From the NCBI RefSeq assembly GCF_006345805.1, contig NC_043001.1:116002001-116066000 (forward strand): 64,000 nucleotides of DNA. The letters are read 5' to 3'. Shown one piece after another: positions 50,906 through 62,606 of the stretch. The position numbers and the translations under genes are program-made. Every line of letters starts with the position of its first letter. Position 1 is the stretch's first letter. This DNA comes from Octopus sinensis. Taxonomy: Eukaryota. The notes beneath the pieces were generated by a model that was not told the DNA's origin, did no database searches, and saw only the letters and a program-made list of their open reading frames with translations.

Positions 50906-53900
50906 GTCAAGCATGACCTTCAAACATTGGGTCTCACAGAGGCAATGACGAAAGACTGAGACCTCTGAAGATATGCTGTGACTGCGAAGACCCAACAAAT
51001 AACGTGAGTTCATAGCTGTTTCCTGCACCAGCTTCACATAGAAGCCCCAGCCCATCCAAAATGCCTTGGATCGCAGTACGGCCTGCTGTGCTTACTTTGG
51101 ATCATAGGGCGATCTGCTGTGCTTGAAGAGACCTATTGAGTCAAGTATATCCACATCAAAAAATCAAATGGAAATTGTAGCTGTGATACCTGTGCCGGTG
51201 GCATGTAAAAAGCACCATCCGAACGTGGCCGATGCCAGCGCTGCCTTGACTGGCTTCTGTGCCGGTGGCACGTAAAAAGCACCAACTGATTGTGACCACT
51301 GCCAGCCTCCCCTGGCACGTAAAAAGCACCCACTACACTCACAGAGTGGTTGGCGTTAGGAAGGGCATCCAGCTGTAGAAACACTGCCAAATCAGACTGG
51401 AGCCTATTGCGACCTCCTGGCTTCCCAGACCTTGGTTGAACCATCCAACCCATGCTAGCACGGAAAACAGACGTTAAACGATGATGATGATATATATTTA
51501 TATAGACGCAGGAGTGGCTGTGTGGTAAGTAGCTTGCTAACCAACCACATGGTTCCGGGTTCAGTCCCATTGCGTGGCATCTTAGGCAAGTGTCTTCTGC
51601 TATAACCTCGGGCCGACCAAAGCCTTGTGAGTGGATTTGGTAGGCGGAAACTGAAAGAAGCCTGTCGTATATATGTATATATATGTATGTGTGTGTATAT
51701 GTCTGTGTTTGTTCCCCTAGCATTGCTTGACAACCGATGCTGGTGTGCTTACATCCCCGTCACTTAGCGGTTCAGCAAAAGAGACCAATAGAATAATTAC
51801 TGGGCTTACAAAGAATAAGTCCCGGGGTCGATTTGCTCGACTAAAGGTGGTGCTCCAGCATGGCCGCAGTCAAATGATTGAAACAAGTAAAAAGAGTAAA
51901 AAAGAATAATATATAATGAGGGAGAGAGAGATTATGAATGATAAGGATACACATCATACAACAGAATGGACTAAGCGGAGCAGGAAGATGGAAAGTGTTG
52001 CTGAAGAGGTCACATATGTGAGATAAAAGATTTCCGGACAATGGACATGAGTTAGAATAAAAACAGTGATATACGAGTGAAGAACAAATGTATAGTGTGT
52101 GTGTGTTTATTTTGCATAAAGAATAAGAAAAAATGACCATCCCGAAATACAATAGATTATAAATTTTTTTCCATTTATGTTTCCAAGATGGCAAATACAG
52201 TTGGATCCGGGATGATGGGCAGACACAACGTTCTAGTATCTGTGAAATTCCTGAAAAAGAGAGTTACAGAATTTATAATCCACACAGAAGCTTTGGTAAG
52301 TTGTAATGACAATTGTATTATTGTTTGACTACGTTAGTGCTTAGGTCTGGGTCTGCCTTTATCCGGCTGACTTTATGATCAAAGACCTAGGTGTATATTT
52401 AACCCTTTAGTATTTAAACCGGCCATATCCGGCCAAAATATTTAATCTGTTTTATGTTCAGACTGACCAAATCCAGGCCCTCACACCTACCCTACAATGT
52501 TATTCTACATTAAGTAATTACACCATCAAGATCTTGAAGATATGAGAAAATGCATGATTAATTCAAATCAATGTGAATCAATAAGCATTATGTTTGATAG
52601 AATAATCTGAACACTAAAGGGTTAAGACTACTTTGTTCAATGTTACTATGTTACTTTCTTTAAGTCGGTACCTTATATTCAGAGCTCCAATCCTGCAGAG
52701 AATAACTTTGTCTTTTTGGGGCCAAGTGGACTGACAGAAATGTTTGTATCTGAAGATGTACCTTGCAGGATTTATTACAGCTCTTTACATTCTGAGTTCA
52801 AATTCCTTTGTGGTCTGCTTATGTTACAGATATATTCCATCACTCACCACCAAGCCCTTGAGTGTTTTTATCAGTTCACTCTGTTGCAAACATTTATGCC
52901 AAGTCTATGGCTTGAGAGTACCATTCTCTTTCTCCCTCCTATCCATCTTAGAACTCCTGTAAAAGAGTTACTGGCAAACCCTTTCCTTCTTGACTAAAAG
53001 TTGAAAATTAAAAATCTATGATTTGCAGCAGATTTTAGCTGCTGTTTCTGTGGAGTTGCAAGCTCTAATGTTTTGAGTGTTTGGTCATGATCCTGAACCA
53101 TATAATAAGGACATTACCCTTAATCATATCTCTTCTACATAGTAACCCTTAAATATACCTCTCAGTTATACACTCTCTTTCATAGTAATCTTAATTATAA
53201 CCCTTCTTTTGCACAATAATACTCTTGAAAGATACATCATTTTCAAAGTAGTACCCCACAAATCATGCCCCCGTTATCTTACACAGTACCCTTCAAATGT
53301 TTAGCGTTGTACCAGTGACAGATGTCTCTGGTCAAGGTCTTGGGTTCCATTCCTGGTTTGAGTGGTATGTTGTGTCTTTGATCAAGGCACTTCATTTCAC
53401 ATTGGTCCAGTCATCTTAGCTGTAACAAATACAAACCAGCAACTGGTCCAGCTGTCATGTCTTCGGTATTTTGCTGGGTCAAGAGAGCTGCCTACTCACT
53501 TCTACATAAACATCTAAAACTATTAGTAAAAGCATAGTACAATGTACCAAACCATATTTATTTGAGTGATGATAGGTTGTACTCCCCTACACATAATCTT
53601 AAGACCTACTAAAATCACAAAATCTCCCTTGAATCACACTCCACCATCTTAAATAAGGCAAAGGCACTTTGGTTAACCCTTTCGTTACTGTATTTATTTT
53701 GAGATGCTCTGTGTTTCTTTCAATTACTTTAAATATAACAAAGAGTTTAGTAAAATAACTTAGTTATCATTCAGCTAGTGTTAGGAACATAAATTGTGAC
53801 TAAGGTTTGGTGGAAGATTTTAATTCAAAACTTATGAAAACAAGACATTTGTACTCAGAGCCAGAGCTGGTTTCAGCTTGGTTGGTATCAAAAGGGTTAA

Positions 53901-56900
53901 TGTGTCCTGGACACACAGTCTGAAAAAAATATGGCAGGATACACATGGATGAACTGTCATTGATTACCTGTGGTAGATGCAGGGAGAGATTAAATAACAA
54001 GGATATGCAATATTTAGTTTTATCCCTCTATATTCTACGTTCAAATCTCACCAGGTCAACTGTGTAAGAGGAGTATGAATGACTGGCTCAACCTCCCTGA
54101 TGTTTATTCAGTCACTCATAATTCACTCTTACTCATTATTATTATTATACATATTATTATACTTTCTCTTTTCAAAGTAGTCCTCAATCTCTCTTACATA
54201 TTTCCTTAAACATATTTCCCTCTCTTAGTACTCCTTATTATATCCCATCTCTTGTGAAGTACTCCTGATTACACTCTCCCTTACATAGTACACTTAATTA
54301 TACTCACTGTTTTACTTAATACCTCTCATATGTAATGTCCCTAACTATATCTCTTCTAGCAACCCTTAAATATACCCCTCAATTATTCCCTCTCTCTCTT
54401 TCATAGTACTCCTAATTATACCCCTTCTATTGTACATAGTAACCTTGAAATATATGACCTGTTCTAGCTTGTACACCTTAAATCATACCCTGCTATCTGA
54501 TGCTGTTGTGGTGATAGACGTTAACACCCTTGTGTGATTAAAAGGTGAACTCGTCAAAAGAATAATGTACAATCATTGAGAGACAGAAGTTGTTTGGTAT
54601 CTCTCGTAGCAGTAGTCGAAGTATGTCTGTGAATACATTGCTTTACCCCACTTCATTATATCATATATCCAAAATCAAGGATATAAAGGACATAGGACCT
54701 CTCAATTATGTATATTGTGTCAATGCCAGATGTCTATTTTTGTTACCAAGCACTAATATCAGTGTGACATTTGGGCTGAGGAATTTCCAAACTATCTCTT
54801 CATCTCTGAGTTCTTCATTTCTCTTATAGATTTTGGACAACATCTGAACGACATGAATAATATTCAGAGAGGACCAAAAGCGAAAAGGGAACCAATGAAT
54901 GTGCTGGCTATAATGTCTCCACCCAGTGCCTATATGGAGTTTACTGCATTTGGTAACCCACCACCAGTCTACAGTTGGTACCGTGGAAACACTGCAGTAA
55001 GTTCCACTCTAGGCTCTCGCTACACACTTACCAATGGAAGATTGACAATTTCCGATCTTAAAGCAGGAGTAGATGACACCAACTATCGCTGCATGGCTTC
55101 TAATGATTATGGCAAAATTATGAGCCGAACAGTACAGTTTACATTAGGCTGTAAGTAATTTTTTTAATTATTTTTATTGGATGATGATTCCCTCTTCATG
55201 TGCCGATAGACGTCAACAGTCATTTACTGTTATGCTGAAGATTCCTGATTTTCCATTATCAGTTGTTTCTGTTGGTTTATTTACCTTTTACTCTGCTGAT
55301 CTACTACTGTTTTCTCATGCTTACGCTTGAGACACAGGACCTATTTAATCTTTATTGGCGTTAGGAAGGGCATCCAGCCATAGAAACACTGCCAGATCAG
55401 ACTGGGCCTGATGCAGCCTTCTGGCTTCACAGCCCCCAGTTGAACCATCCAACCCATGCTAGCATGGAAAGCGGATGCTAAATGATGATGATGATGATGA
55501 TGATGAATTGAAGACTGGTTCATTTGACATCAGGGCATGGCCACATGCTGCTGGGCTTATATGTGTAGGGGGGCACCCTCCACCATGTCCTATATGTCTT
55601 AGCTATAAGACAGAAAATAATTTCAGCAGAATTCTGCTTTACATATAATCCCTCATAGATTTTTTTTCACTTTTTGGAATTTTCAGAAAATTTCTGGGTA
55701 TTTGTGTTCTATAGATGGGAAATCATACAACTATGTAAAAACTAAAACAAAAGAAAAAATTTGTGTGATTTAAGGGATATGTAGCTGTTATTTTTAGCAC
55801 AACTTACAACCACCTCATACTGTCCTTGTTTGTCACTCTGATGAATTGATGTTTTTCAATATCTTTCTCTCTATTTAATGATCTAATGCTAGGATTTAAG
55901 CCAAAAATTTGGACTGTCTGTATTTTAAGCTGCAAAATTTTGAAAAACTAAAAGTTTCCTGTGTTGAACACAGATTTGCAAAAATTTTCTGAAAATTCCA
56001 AAAAATAAAAAAGTTACAAAGGTAATAGGCATAGGAATGGCTGTGTGGTATGTAGCTTGCTCACCAACCACATGGTTCCAGGTTCAGTCCCACTGTGTGG
56101 TACCTTGGACACATGTCTTCTACTATAGCCTCGGGCCGACCAAAGCCTTGAGTGGATTTAGGAGATGGAAACTGAAAGAAGCCCATCGTATATATGTATA
56201 TATATATGTATGTATGTGTATATGTTTGTATGTCTCTGTTTGTCCCCCCAACATCGCTTGACAACTGATGCTGGTGCGTTTAGGTCTCTGTAACTTGGCA
56301 GTTCAGCAAAAGAGACCGATAAAATAAGTACTGGGCTTACAAAGAATAAGTCTTGGGGTCGATTTGTTCGACTAAAGGCGGTGCTCCAGCATGGCTACAG
56401 TCAAATGACTGAAACAAGTAAAAGAGTAAAAGAGAGTAAAGAGTTATATGCCATGAATAAGGCAGATTTCCACTGAAATTTCTTTTTTATAATTTGAGTT
56501 GCAGTGGTTTCTTCTATTATTCTTAGACAGGTGAAACTTTCTGCTGGAAAAGACTCATTGACTGCCATTGCAAACATGAAAAAACATTGTTATCTTGTTG
56601 ATGTTATTAGAATTTATAAACTTTGAGAGCTTATGAAATAGTTCTGATTTGAAACAATGGAAGCAAATGAAGTAGTGTATAAATCATCATCGTTTAACGT
56701 CCGCTTTCCATGCTAGCATGGGTTGGATGGTTCGACCGGGGTCTGGGAAGCCAGGAGGCTGCACCAGACTCTAATCTGGTCTGGCAGATTTTCTACAGCT
56801 GGATACCCTTCCTAACGCCAACCACTCCGTGAGTGTAGTGGGTGCTTTTTACGTGCCACCAGCACAGGTGCCAGGGGAGGCTGGCAACGGCCATGATTGG

Positions 56901-59900
56901 TTGGTGCTTTTTACATGCCACCGGCATGGAAGCCAGTCAAGGCGGCACTGGCATTGACCACGTACGGATGGTGCTTTTTACGTGAAAATGTTGGATTGAA
57001 AAAGTTGAAGGCTGCCTGTGGGGAACAATCCCTCATTTTCTGTAATCATGACAGACATTAGCCTTTAACTTTTCCTACCTAGAGGGTATTTAAGCTAATC
57101 TTTTATCTTTTTACTTGTTTCAAGTTATTAGGCTGCAGTCATGCTGAGGCACCATGTTGAAGAATTTTTAGTCTGTTGATTCAACCTTGGGACTCGTTTT
57201 CTTTTCAAGCCTAGTACTTATTCTGTCGGTCTCTTTTGCCAAACTGCACTAGCATAGCTAGAGTGTATGCCACCTAGGGTGGCATACAATTTGCTGCCCC
57301 CAGACCCCAACAAAAAGTACATATTTAAATTAAAGTTAAAATTTTTTTTAATTATTTTTTAAATTAATAATTTAAACTAATGAATTATAAATATACATAT
57401 ATTTTTATTATTATTTCATTTAATTATTTTTTTTTTATTTATATATATATATATTTTTTTTTTTATACTATCAAAAAGTATTAAAAGTATAATATAAGAT
57501 AAAGAGTATATATATATACATACATACATACAAAAGATATAAATATTATTAAAAATAATATTACTTTCCAGAAAAAATAAACCACTATAAGAGGTAGAAT
57601 TATAAATATGAAGTGAATGTACATGAAGTACGTTATTTGCTTGAAACTGCAGCCAATAAGTTAATGGTGCTATGTAGAGCTTTGCTGAATGTTTAACAGG
57701 AAGAGATGCTTGCAGGCAGTGAATATAGGAAAATTCTGTCTTACCTCTACAAAGACCATTAGAGGAATGAAGAATAATCTGACTGCAGTTTCAAACTCTT
57801 CAGATCACATGTGTATATGCACGAATCTGATTGGTTCTCATCAGCTGGATGTGCTATAATGACTGAAATTTAAAAATATTCACTACATCTCTACCTGTTT
57901 ACTTGGTTGAAATTCGAACGATGATGATTATATACATTGTGTACTGTTCTGTGATGGTAAAATCAACAAAAAATGTACTCCATTTGGTGAGAGATAAATA
58001 GTATTTAATAGACATAATGCATATTTTTAATAGATATAATACATGTTTTAATAGATGTAATACATGTGCTAGTAAAAGATTCTTGTGCTTAGACCATGCA
58101 TACCCTGTGTGCACATAAATTCATTCACAAAAAATTTGAACTGTTAAAACATTTTGATTCACCCGTCTGCCAGTTTTAAAGATAATCAAACTAAATTTTC
58201 ATCATGACCTAGGCATCACTGTCAGCAGTGATTTGCGTTGGACAAAGCATATCTCTAAAATTGTCAAGAAGACCGAGGGTGTCTTGGCATCACTCAGCAA
58301 GACTTTTGTTAGCCGCACTCCAGCCATCTATTTAAAACTGTATACAGCTATGGTACGACCACACTTGGAATTCGCATCATCAGTTTGGAATCCCTATCTT
58401 GCTCAGAACATTGACTTCCTGGAATCTGTCCAGAGACGCGCAACCAAACGCATACCCTCCATCAGACACCTACCATATTCTGAGCGCCTTGTTTCCCTGG
58501 GCATGGATTCACTGAAGCTCTGGCGTCTGGCGACGGACTTGGTAAACACCCACAAAGTTATCAACCACCTCACCAACAACAACACTGAACACCTTTTTGA
58601 TCTCCATGTGTCTAACACACGTGGACATGCCTACAAAGTCAGAAAACACACAGCTCCCATGACTTTCGGAAACATTTTTCACGCTCAGAGTTGCTGAAGC
58701 ATGGAATAAACTGCCTGCGTCAGTTGTTGACTGCCATGACACTGCATCCTTTAAGGCCCTCATGCTTTCCGAAATCCGTCGAAACTACACCTGATTATAT
58801 ATGCACTTTAGATGAGTTTTAGTGCACCTGAGCACTGTACACAATGTTTATTATTATTATTTTATCATTTCAAGCCATTCTCCTAATGAGTATTTCTGCA
58901 AAATTTGAAAATATGTTCAGCCATTTTCCAGTACTTTTGCTAACACACAAACAGACTACAAGCAACTACTATACCCTGCTTTTGCTTATGCATGCTGAGT
59001 AATTATCATTATTGTTTTTACTTTAAATTTTTCCATGAGACAGAGGGTTGGACAAGACTTCTTGAAATAGTAGTATTCCTTGGTTAAATGCCTCTTTTTG
59101 TGCTAGCTCTTATTTGTTTTCATGTAAGGTCTTAGCATGTTGAGCTGCTTGGGTTGAGGTGATGTTTGTATTTTTGGGACATTGAACTTTATCACTGCAA
59201 AAACAACATCAATGTGAAAACAAGTGGAATATCATTCACACACACAATGGAATTCCACATGGTGAAACTGAAACCAGAATTCTGTAGTTGTGAAGTAAGA
59301 TTCTCAACGAGATGTCTGTACTTGCACTGCACTAGTATATTTATGTAGTAATTAGGGTATTGCACTAACGCAGTGATTCCCAAGGAGGGGCGTATGCCCC
59401 ACTGGTGGGGCCTGAGAAAATTCAGGTGGGGCGCGGGGCATAGACGTGGGCTGTGAAAATATTTGTACATGACGAGCGGTCATCGCAGGCACAACCTTAG
59501 ATTCCGTCTTTCCTTTGAAGCCTCCACATCGGAAACTCTCGCACCCCAGCGAGACAAAGAAGATCCCGCACTGAGCAATAAACTTACTATTCAGATAAGC
59601 CAATCAATTGCCTCAATTAGTTTGCCTCAATTAGTCTTTTGTTAGCCCTATTGAAAATGAGCAACCAAACAAGAAGAAGACTCGTCAATACGCGGTGGAG
59701 TTTTTGAAGTTTGGATTCATTCCTGATGAGCATGATGAGCGTAAACCGTTTTGCTTATTATGTAATCAGACGATGAGCAATGAGTCAATGAAGGCAGGTA
59801 GGCTGGAAGCGCACTTAAAGGTAAGACATCCTAATAATTCTAATTTAGATTTGGAATACTTCAAATCATTGAAAGAAAAATTTAAAAACCGAACAAAACT

Positions 59901-62606
59901 CACTTCACTATTTCATGCAAAACAAGCGCCTCATACTCGTGCCCTTGAAGCCAGCTACGAAATCTCCTTGCTTATAGCAAAACATGGAAAGAATCACACT
60001 ATTGGAGAGCAACTGATTAAACCTGCTAACTCAATATTCTTAAAAACTGTATTACAAAAAGATGATGGAGATATCAGGACTATGCCACTCAGTAATAACA
60101 CTGTCTCGAACAGAATAGATGAAATGGGGCAAGATGTTGAAAGCCAGCTCATTGAGAAATTAAAATTGCGTAAGTTTTCATTACAAATGGACGAATCCAC
60201 AATCCGGGACAGTGAGGCTCTGTTATTGACTTATGTGAGGTATATTGACCACGAGGAGTTTCAGGAAGAGATGCTGTTCTGCGAATCGTTTGAAACCACC
60301 ACAACTGCAAATGATATTTACATCAAAATCAAACATTATTGGATGCAAACAAAATACCAAAGGAAAACTTACTGGCATGTGCGGCAGACGGTGCACCTGC
60401 CATGATGGGCAAGAATACGGGATGCTTAAAAATGATGAAGGATGAAAATCCAAACATGTTGACTGTCCATTATGTAATACACCGAGAAAACTTGGTTGCC
60501 AAGAAATTGTCCCCTGTTCTTAAGATTCTTCAAAGTGTGATCAAGTGTGTCAACAGCATTAAAAGAAATTCTAAATCTGAACGTCTTTTTAAGCAGTTTT
60601 CTATAAATCAAAGTGCCGAACATGTTCGATTATTGCTTCATACAGAAGTAAGATGGCTATCAAGTGGAAACTGCTTAAAGAGGTTCATGGAATTATTTGA
60701 TCAGATTAACGACTTTCTTAGTGATAAATGTGAAATGAAATTGCTGTCAACAACGGATGGAAAAGCATTTGTCAGTTATTGACAGACATATTTGAGAAAC
60801 TTGGAAACTTGAATAAACAACTTCAAGGTGCAAACATGACACTTATTGATGCAAAAGCAAAGATTTTTGGATTTATTACAGCTCTCGAATTATGGAAAAA
60901 GAAATTTTCCAAAAGAAATTTCAGTGAACTTTACTGGTTGAGTAAATGTGAAATAACGAATGATGCTGGCATTGTAATTATTGATCATTTAAATATCTTG
61001 ATAAAGGATTTCAATGACAGATTTTGCGATTTAAAGGCAATGAATTTTCCTTCTTGGTTAACTCAACCGCTTCTGATTAACGTTTCTGATGCTACAATCC
61101 AATACCAAGAAGAGTTATCAGAATTACAACATGATGAATCAGTGAAGACTTTGTTTAAATTGAAAGGTACAAAGATGTGGCTATATGACGAGGTTGAAAG
61201 AAAATATCCTAAAATTTCTACATCAGCGAGAGAGCTACTGATTCCTTTCCCTTCGTCTTATTTGGTCGAATGTGGTTTTAGTGCAGTTGATAATTTGCTC
61301 GAAGCCAAGAGAAACCGGCTTGAGATTACAAAACGTGGCGATTTACGACTGAAATTAACAAAGTTGTCTCCTCAAATTAAAAACTTGTGCTGTATGCATC
61401 AGGCACAGGGTTCTCACTAAATTAGTCGAGCTGACCGTCAAATAATTGAACTGAAAAAACGTGTTTCTTTATTCTTTATAAATTGACATTTTTTAAAAAC
61501 ATGAGAAATCGTAATAATTTTATCGATTTATTGGGTGTTATGCACTTTCAGTGCCTGTTGTTTCAATTCTCAAACTATTTTTTTGTATTTTGAATACAAT
61601 TTTTTAATTTTTGATTTTTTTTCAATTGTAAGTAGGCCCACATGTACTTGTAAATGTGAGTGGACATGGGAAAAGGTGGGGCGTAAAAACTTTTGCTATG
61701 AAAAAGTGGGGCGCCGGGAAAAAAGGTTGGGAAACACTGCACTAACGATCATGAGATTGTGGTTTCAATTCCTAGACCGGGTGGTGTATTGCGTTCTTGA
61801 TCAAAATACTTCATCTGACATTATTCTGCAATCACTTCAACACCTGACACATAGTACACCATGCACCTGTTCTAACAACATCGATTTAATGGAGAGTTTG
61901 AGCTTGTGCGGCATGGACATTTGACCACTATAATCAAATCATTTGTGCAGGTCATTTGGCAAAAGCTAAACTCTCATACATTGTCTTCGACAGGAGAGTC
62001 CATCTCGCACACACACACAACAAGCTTCTTTCAGTTTCCATTTACCAAATCCACTCACAATGCTTTGGTCAACCCAGGTCTATAATAAAAGAAACTTTTC
62101 CAAGATGCCATACTGTGGGATTGAGCCCTAAACCATGTGGTTAGGAAGCAAACTTTTTACTTGTGCCTATACTGTATTTAACTGACCAGGTTCCAATTTA
62201 TGCTGATATTCAGCTTGCCAAAGTTTTGAGTAATTTTTCTACACACACACGTACACACATGCATATATGTGTGGACTTCTGTATAGTTTGTCTACCAAAT
62301 TTCATGCTCAAAATTTTGATCGACCCAATCTCACATTAGAACATATTTATCCAATAAGGTACCACACAGTGTAACCAAACCTAGGAATACTTGTATATAA
62401 AAAAAAAAATTTTTCATGTCTTAAAATACGTTTTCAATTTTCAATAAATTTTGTCCTTTTTAGTACTTGATAATCAAACAAAGCCTTATAATTTTAATTT
62501 CAATTCACAGTTCTTGGAGAGTTTTTGAATACACCACGAGAGGGTAATGTTGCTAATAGTTATGAAGGAACATATTTGCAATGTAAACCACCAAATCATA
62601 AACCAG
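41285..62606 (+). CDS. Cont: Contactin-like cell-adhesion protein (invertebrate type: signal peptide + C-type lectin + Ig domains), 5' partial gene. CDS join(41285..41351,42853..42947,45325..45410,46319..46467,52188..52295,54830..55150,62511..62606); continues past the window
   Basis: All 7 exons have GT donors, the 6 downstream exons have AG acceptors, and intron phases match (1,0,2,1,1,1), giving one open frame: MPSLAMPLILVFLACFSLQTLA-DCPNQWQKYSDSCYNF...EECSKYGATLVSVNSQGENNFL...WYTSG...FRWLGDG...SICEIP...RSFDFGQHLNDMNNIQRGP...GNPPPVYSWYR...RYTLTNGRLTI...YRCMASNDYGKIMS...FLGEFLNTPRE...YLQCKPPNHKP. An N-terminal CTL followed by Ig repeats is the architecture of Drosophila-type Contactin. Ortholog versus paralog is untested. 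Confidence 0.88.
41621..42455. mobile_element. Merlin-type non-autonomous element (GGATCTTTTCC termini)
   Basis: About 70-bp TIRs; 8-bp TSD with one mismatch, AGTACAGT / AATACAGT. Confidence 0.75.
42853..42947 (+). CDS. Contactin-like coding exon 2 (CTL N-terminus)
   Basis: TCTCTCTTCTAG acceptor; (D)CPNQWQKYSDSCYNFIMNSLKSIDMAKEECS with the CPxxW...SCY long-form CTL motif; GTAAGT donor; phase 1 to 0. Confidence 0.92.
42958..43180 (-). mobile_element. SINE family B inserted at the exon-2 splice donor
   Basis: Reverse family-B body; 11-bp TSD TGTAAGTAGTA at 42947-42957 and 43181-43191. Confidence 0.85.
43975..44182 (+). mobile_element. RTE-type 3' tail copy
   Basis: GGAAGGGCATCCAGG...CAACCCATACCAGCATGG...GATGATGATG. 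Confidence 0.75.
45011..45210 (+). mobile_element. Penelope-like terminal-repeat fragment, copy 3 (degraded hammerhead-like motif at 45083-45117)
   Basis: Reverse complement of copies 1 and 2; GTTT-CTGACAA-A-GAG-CTCCA-CTC-GAAAC-ATT-AAAC; flanked by (TA)n. Confidence 0.65.
45325..45410 (+). CDS. Contactin-like coding exon 3 (CTL helix 2)
   Basis: TTTCAG acceptor; KYGATLVSVNSQGENNFLTSYFGQNKLT(G) matches the CTL AxLxSxxSxxEnxFL motif; GG|GTAAGT; phase 0 to 2. Confidence 0.92.
45985..46214 (+). mobile_element. SINE family B, full-length young copy
   Basis: GGCGGCGAGCTGGCAGAAACGTTAGC (A-box) ... GAGTTCAAATTCC (B-box); preceded by an RTE tail (45860-45962), followed by (TA)n. Confidence 0.9.
46319..46467 (+). 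CDS. Contactin-like coding exon 4 (CTL core)
   Basis: TTCTGTTTAG acceptor; FTWYTSGEYIGNNNFRWLGDGQDINSQTMFWANDARRNGTGRFIIYVYH; G|GTGAGT; phase 2 to 1. Confidence 0.9.
47168..47558 (-). mobile_element. SINE family A, full length
   Basis: Reverse complement of the family-A sequence from head to tail. Confidence 0.88.
47729..47990 (-). mobile_element. Helitron 3' terminus (far boundary uncertain)
   Basis: Minus strand CTGGGCAACGCCGGGTAATTCAGCTAG-T: hairpin + CTAG, same signature as the element ending at 30829. Confidence 0.6.
48103..48510 (+). mobile_element. SINE family A, full-length young copy
   Basis: GGCATAGGAGTGGCTGTGTGGTAAGTAGC...CAGTCAAATGACTGAAACGAGTAAAAGAG. Confidence 0.92.
49570..50490 (+). 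mobile_element. RTE (BovB-like) LINE ORF2 C-terminal fragment, degenerate
   Basis: LYADD near 49580; TKLGVF, ILERFHQ, SIEMLL; C-terminal CNICSRVCLRKARLASHMRSH zinc-finger-like motif. Confidence 0.8.
50900..51490 (+). mobile_element. RTE-type 3'UTR copy (long)
   Basis: GAAGAGACCTATTGAGTCAAG...TGGCACGTAAAAAGCAC repeats...GTTAAACGATGATGATG. Confidence 0.85.
51505..51905 (+). mobile_element. SINE family A, full length
   Basis: Same head, body and tail as 48103-48510. Confidence 0.9.
52188..52295 (+). CDS. Contactin-like coding exon 5 (CTL C-terminus and linker)
   Basis: TTTCCAAG acceptor; (D)GKYSWIRDDGQTQRSSICEIPEKESYRIYNPHRSF contains the terminal CTL ICE motif; G|GTAAGT; phase 1 to 1. Confidence 0.9.
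52399..52625. mobile_element. piggyBac-like MITE family P2
   Basis: TTAACCCTTTAG...CTAAAGGGTTAA, about 100 bp downstream of coding exon 5. Confidence 0.8.
53673..53900. mobile_element. piggyBac-like MITE family P1 (uninterrupted)
   Basis: TTAACCCTTTCG...CAAAAGGGTTAA. Confidence 0.8.
54150..54490. repeat. Degenerate pyrimidine-rich minisatellite (unit about 30 bp); a second patch at about 53110-53300
   Basis: Recurrent CATAGTA(C/A)...CC(C/T)TAA(T/A)TATA...CTCT motifs. Confidence 0.5.
54830..55150 (+). CDS. Contactin-like coding exon 6 (Ig domain 1)
   Basis: TTTCTCTTATAG acceptor; in frame with track ORF 54853..55158; Ig motifs GNPPPVYSWYR, GRLTI, DxxNYRCMASNDYG; T|GTAAGT; phase 1 to 1. Confidence 0.93.
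55355..55507 (+). mobile_element. RTE-type 3' tail copy
   Basis: TTGGCGTTAGGAAGGGCATCCAG...GATGATGATG. Confidence 0.85.
56028..56443 (+). mobile_element. SINE family A, full length
   Basis: Family-A head, body and tail. Confidence 0.88.
56685..56985 (-). mobile_element. RTE-type 3' tail copy
   Basis: ATCATCATCGTTTAACGTCCGCTTTCCATGCTAGCATGG...GTGCTTTTTACGTG. Confidence 0.88.
58203..58863 (+). mobile_element. CR1/L2-group LINE 3' fragment (RT C-terminus)
   Basis: DLGITVSSDLRW, LYTAMVRPHLEFASSVWNP, LESVQRRATKRI, YSERL, NTRGH; (TTA)n tail. Confidence 0.92.
59371..61739 (+). mobile_element. Full-length hAT transposon (Buster/Charlie type) with frameshifted transposase (about 59658-61420)
   Basis: TIRs CAGTGATTCCCAA / TTGGGAAACACTG; exact 8-bp TSD CACTAACG (59363-59370, 61740-61747); BED-like CLLC...HLKVRH, LQMDEST, DGAPAMMG, IHRENL, LLLHTEVRWLS, SYLVECGFS. 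Confidence 0.95.
62511..62606 (+). CDS. Contactin-like coding exon 7 (start of Ig domain 2)
   Basis: TTCACAG acceptor; (F)LGEFLNTPREGNVANSYEGTYLQCKPPNHKP resembles the contactin Ig2 CxPP motif; CAG|GTAATA; phase 1 to 1. Confidence 0.85.

Noticed and set aside
54853-55158. Track ORF read as a stand-alone 101-aa Ig protein
   Set aside because: It is an internal exon: the acceptor is at 54829 and the donor at 55151, so the Met and stop are incidental
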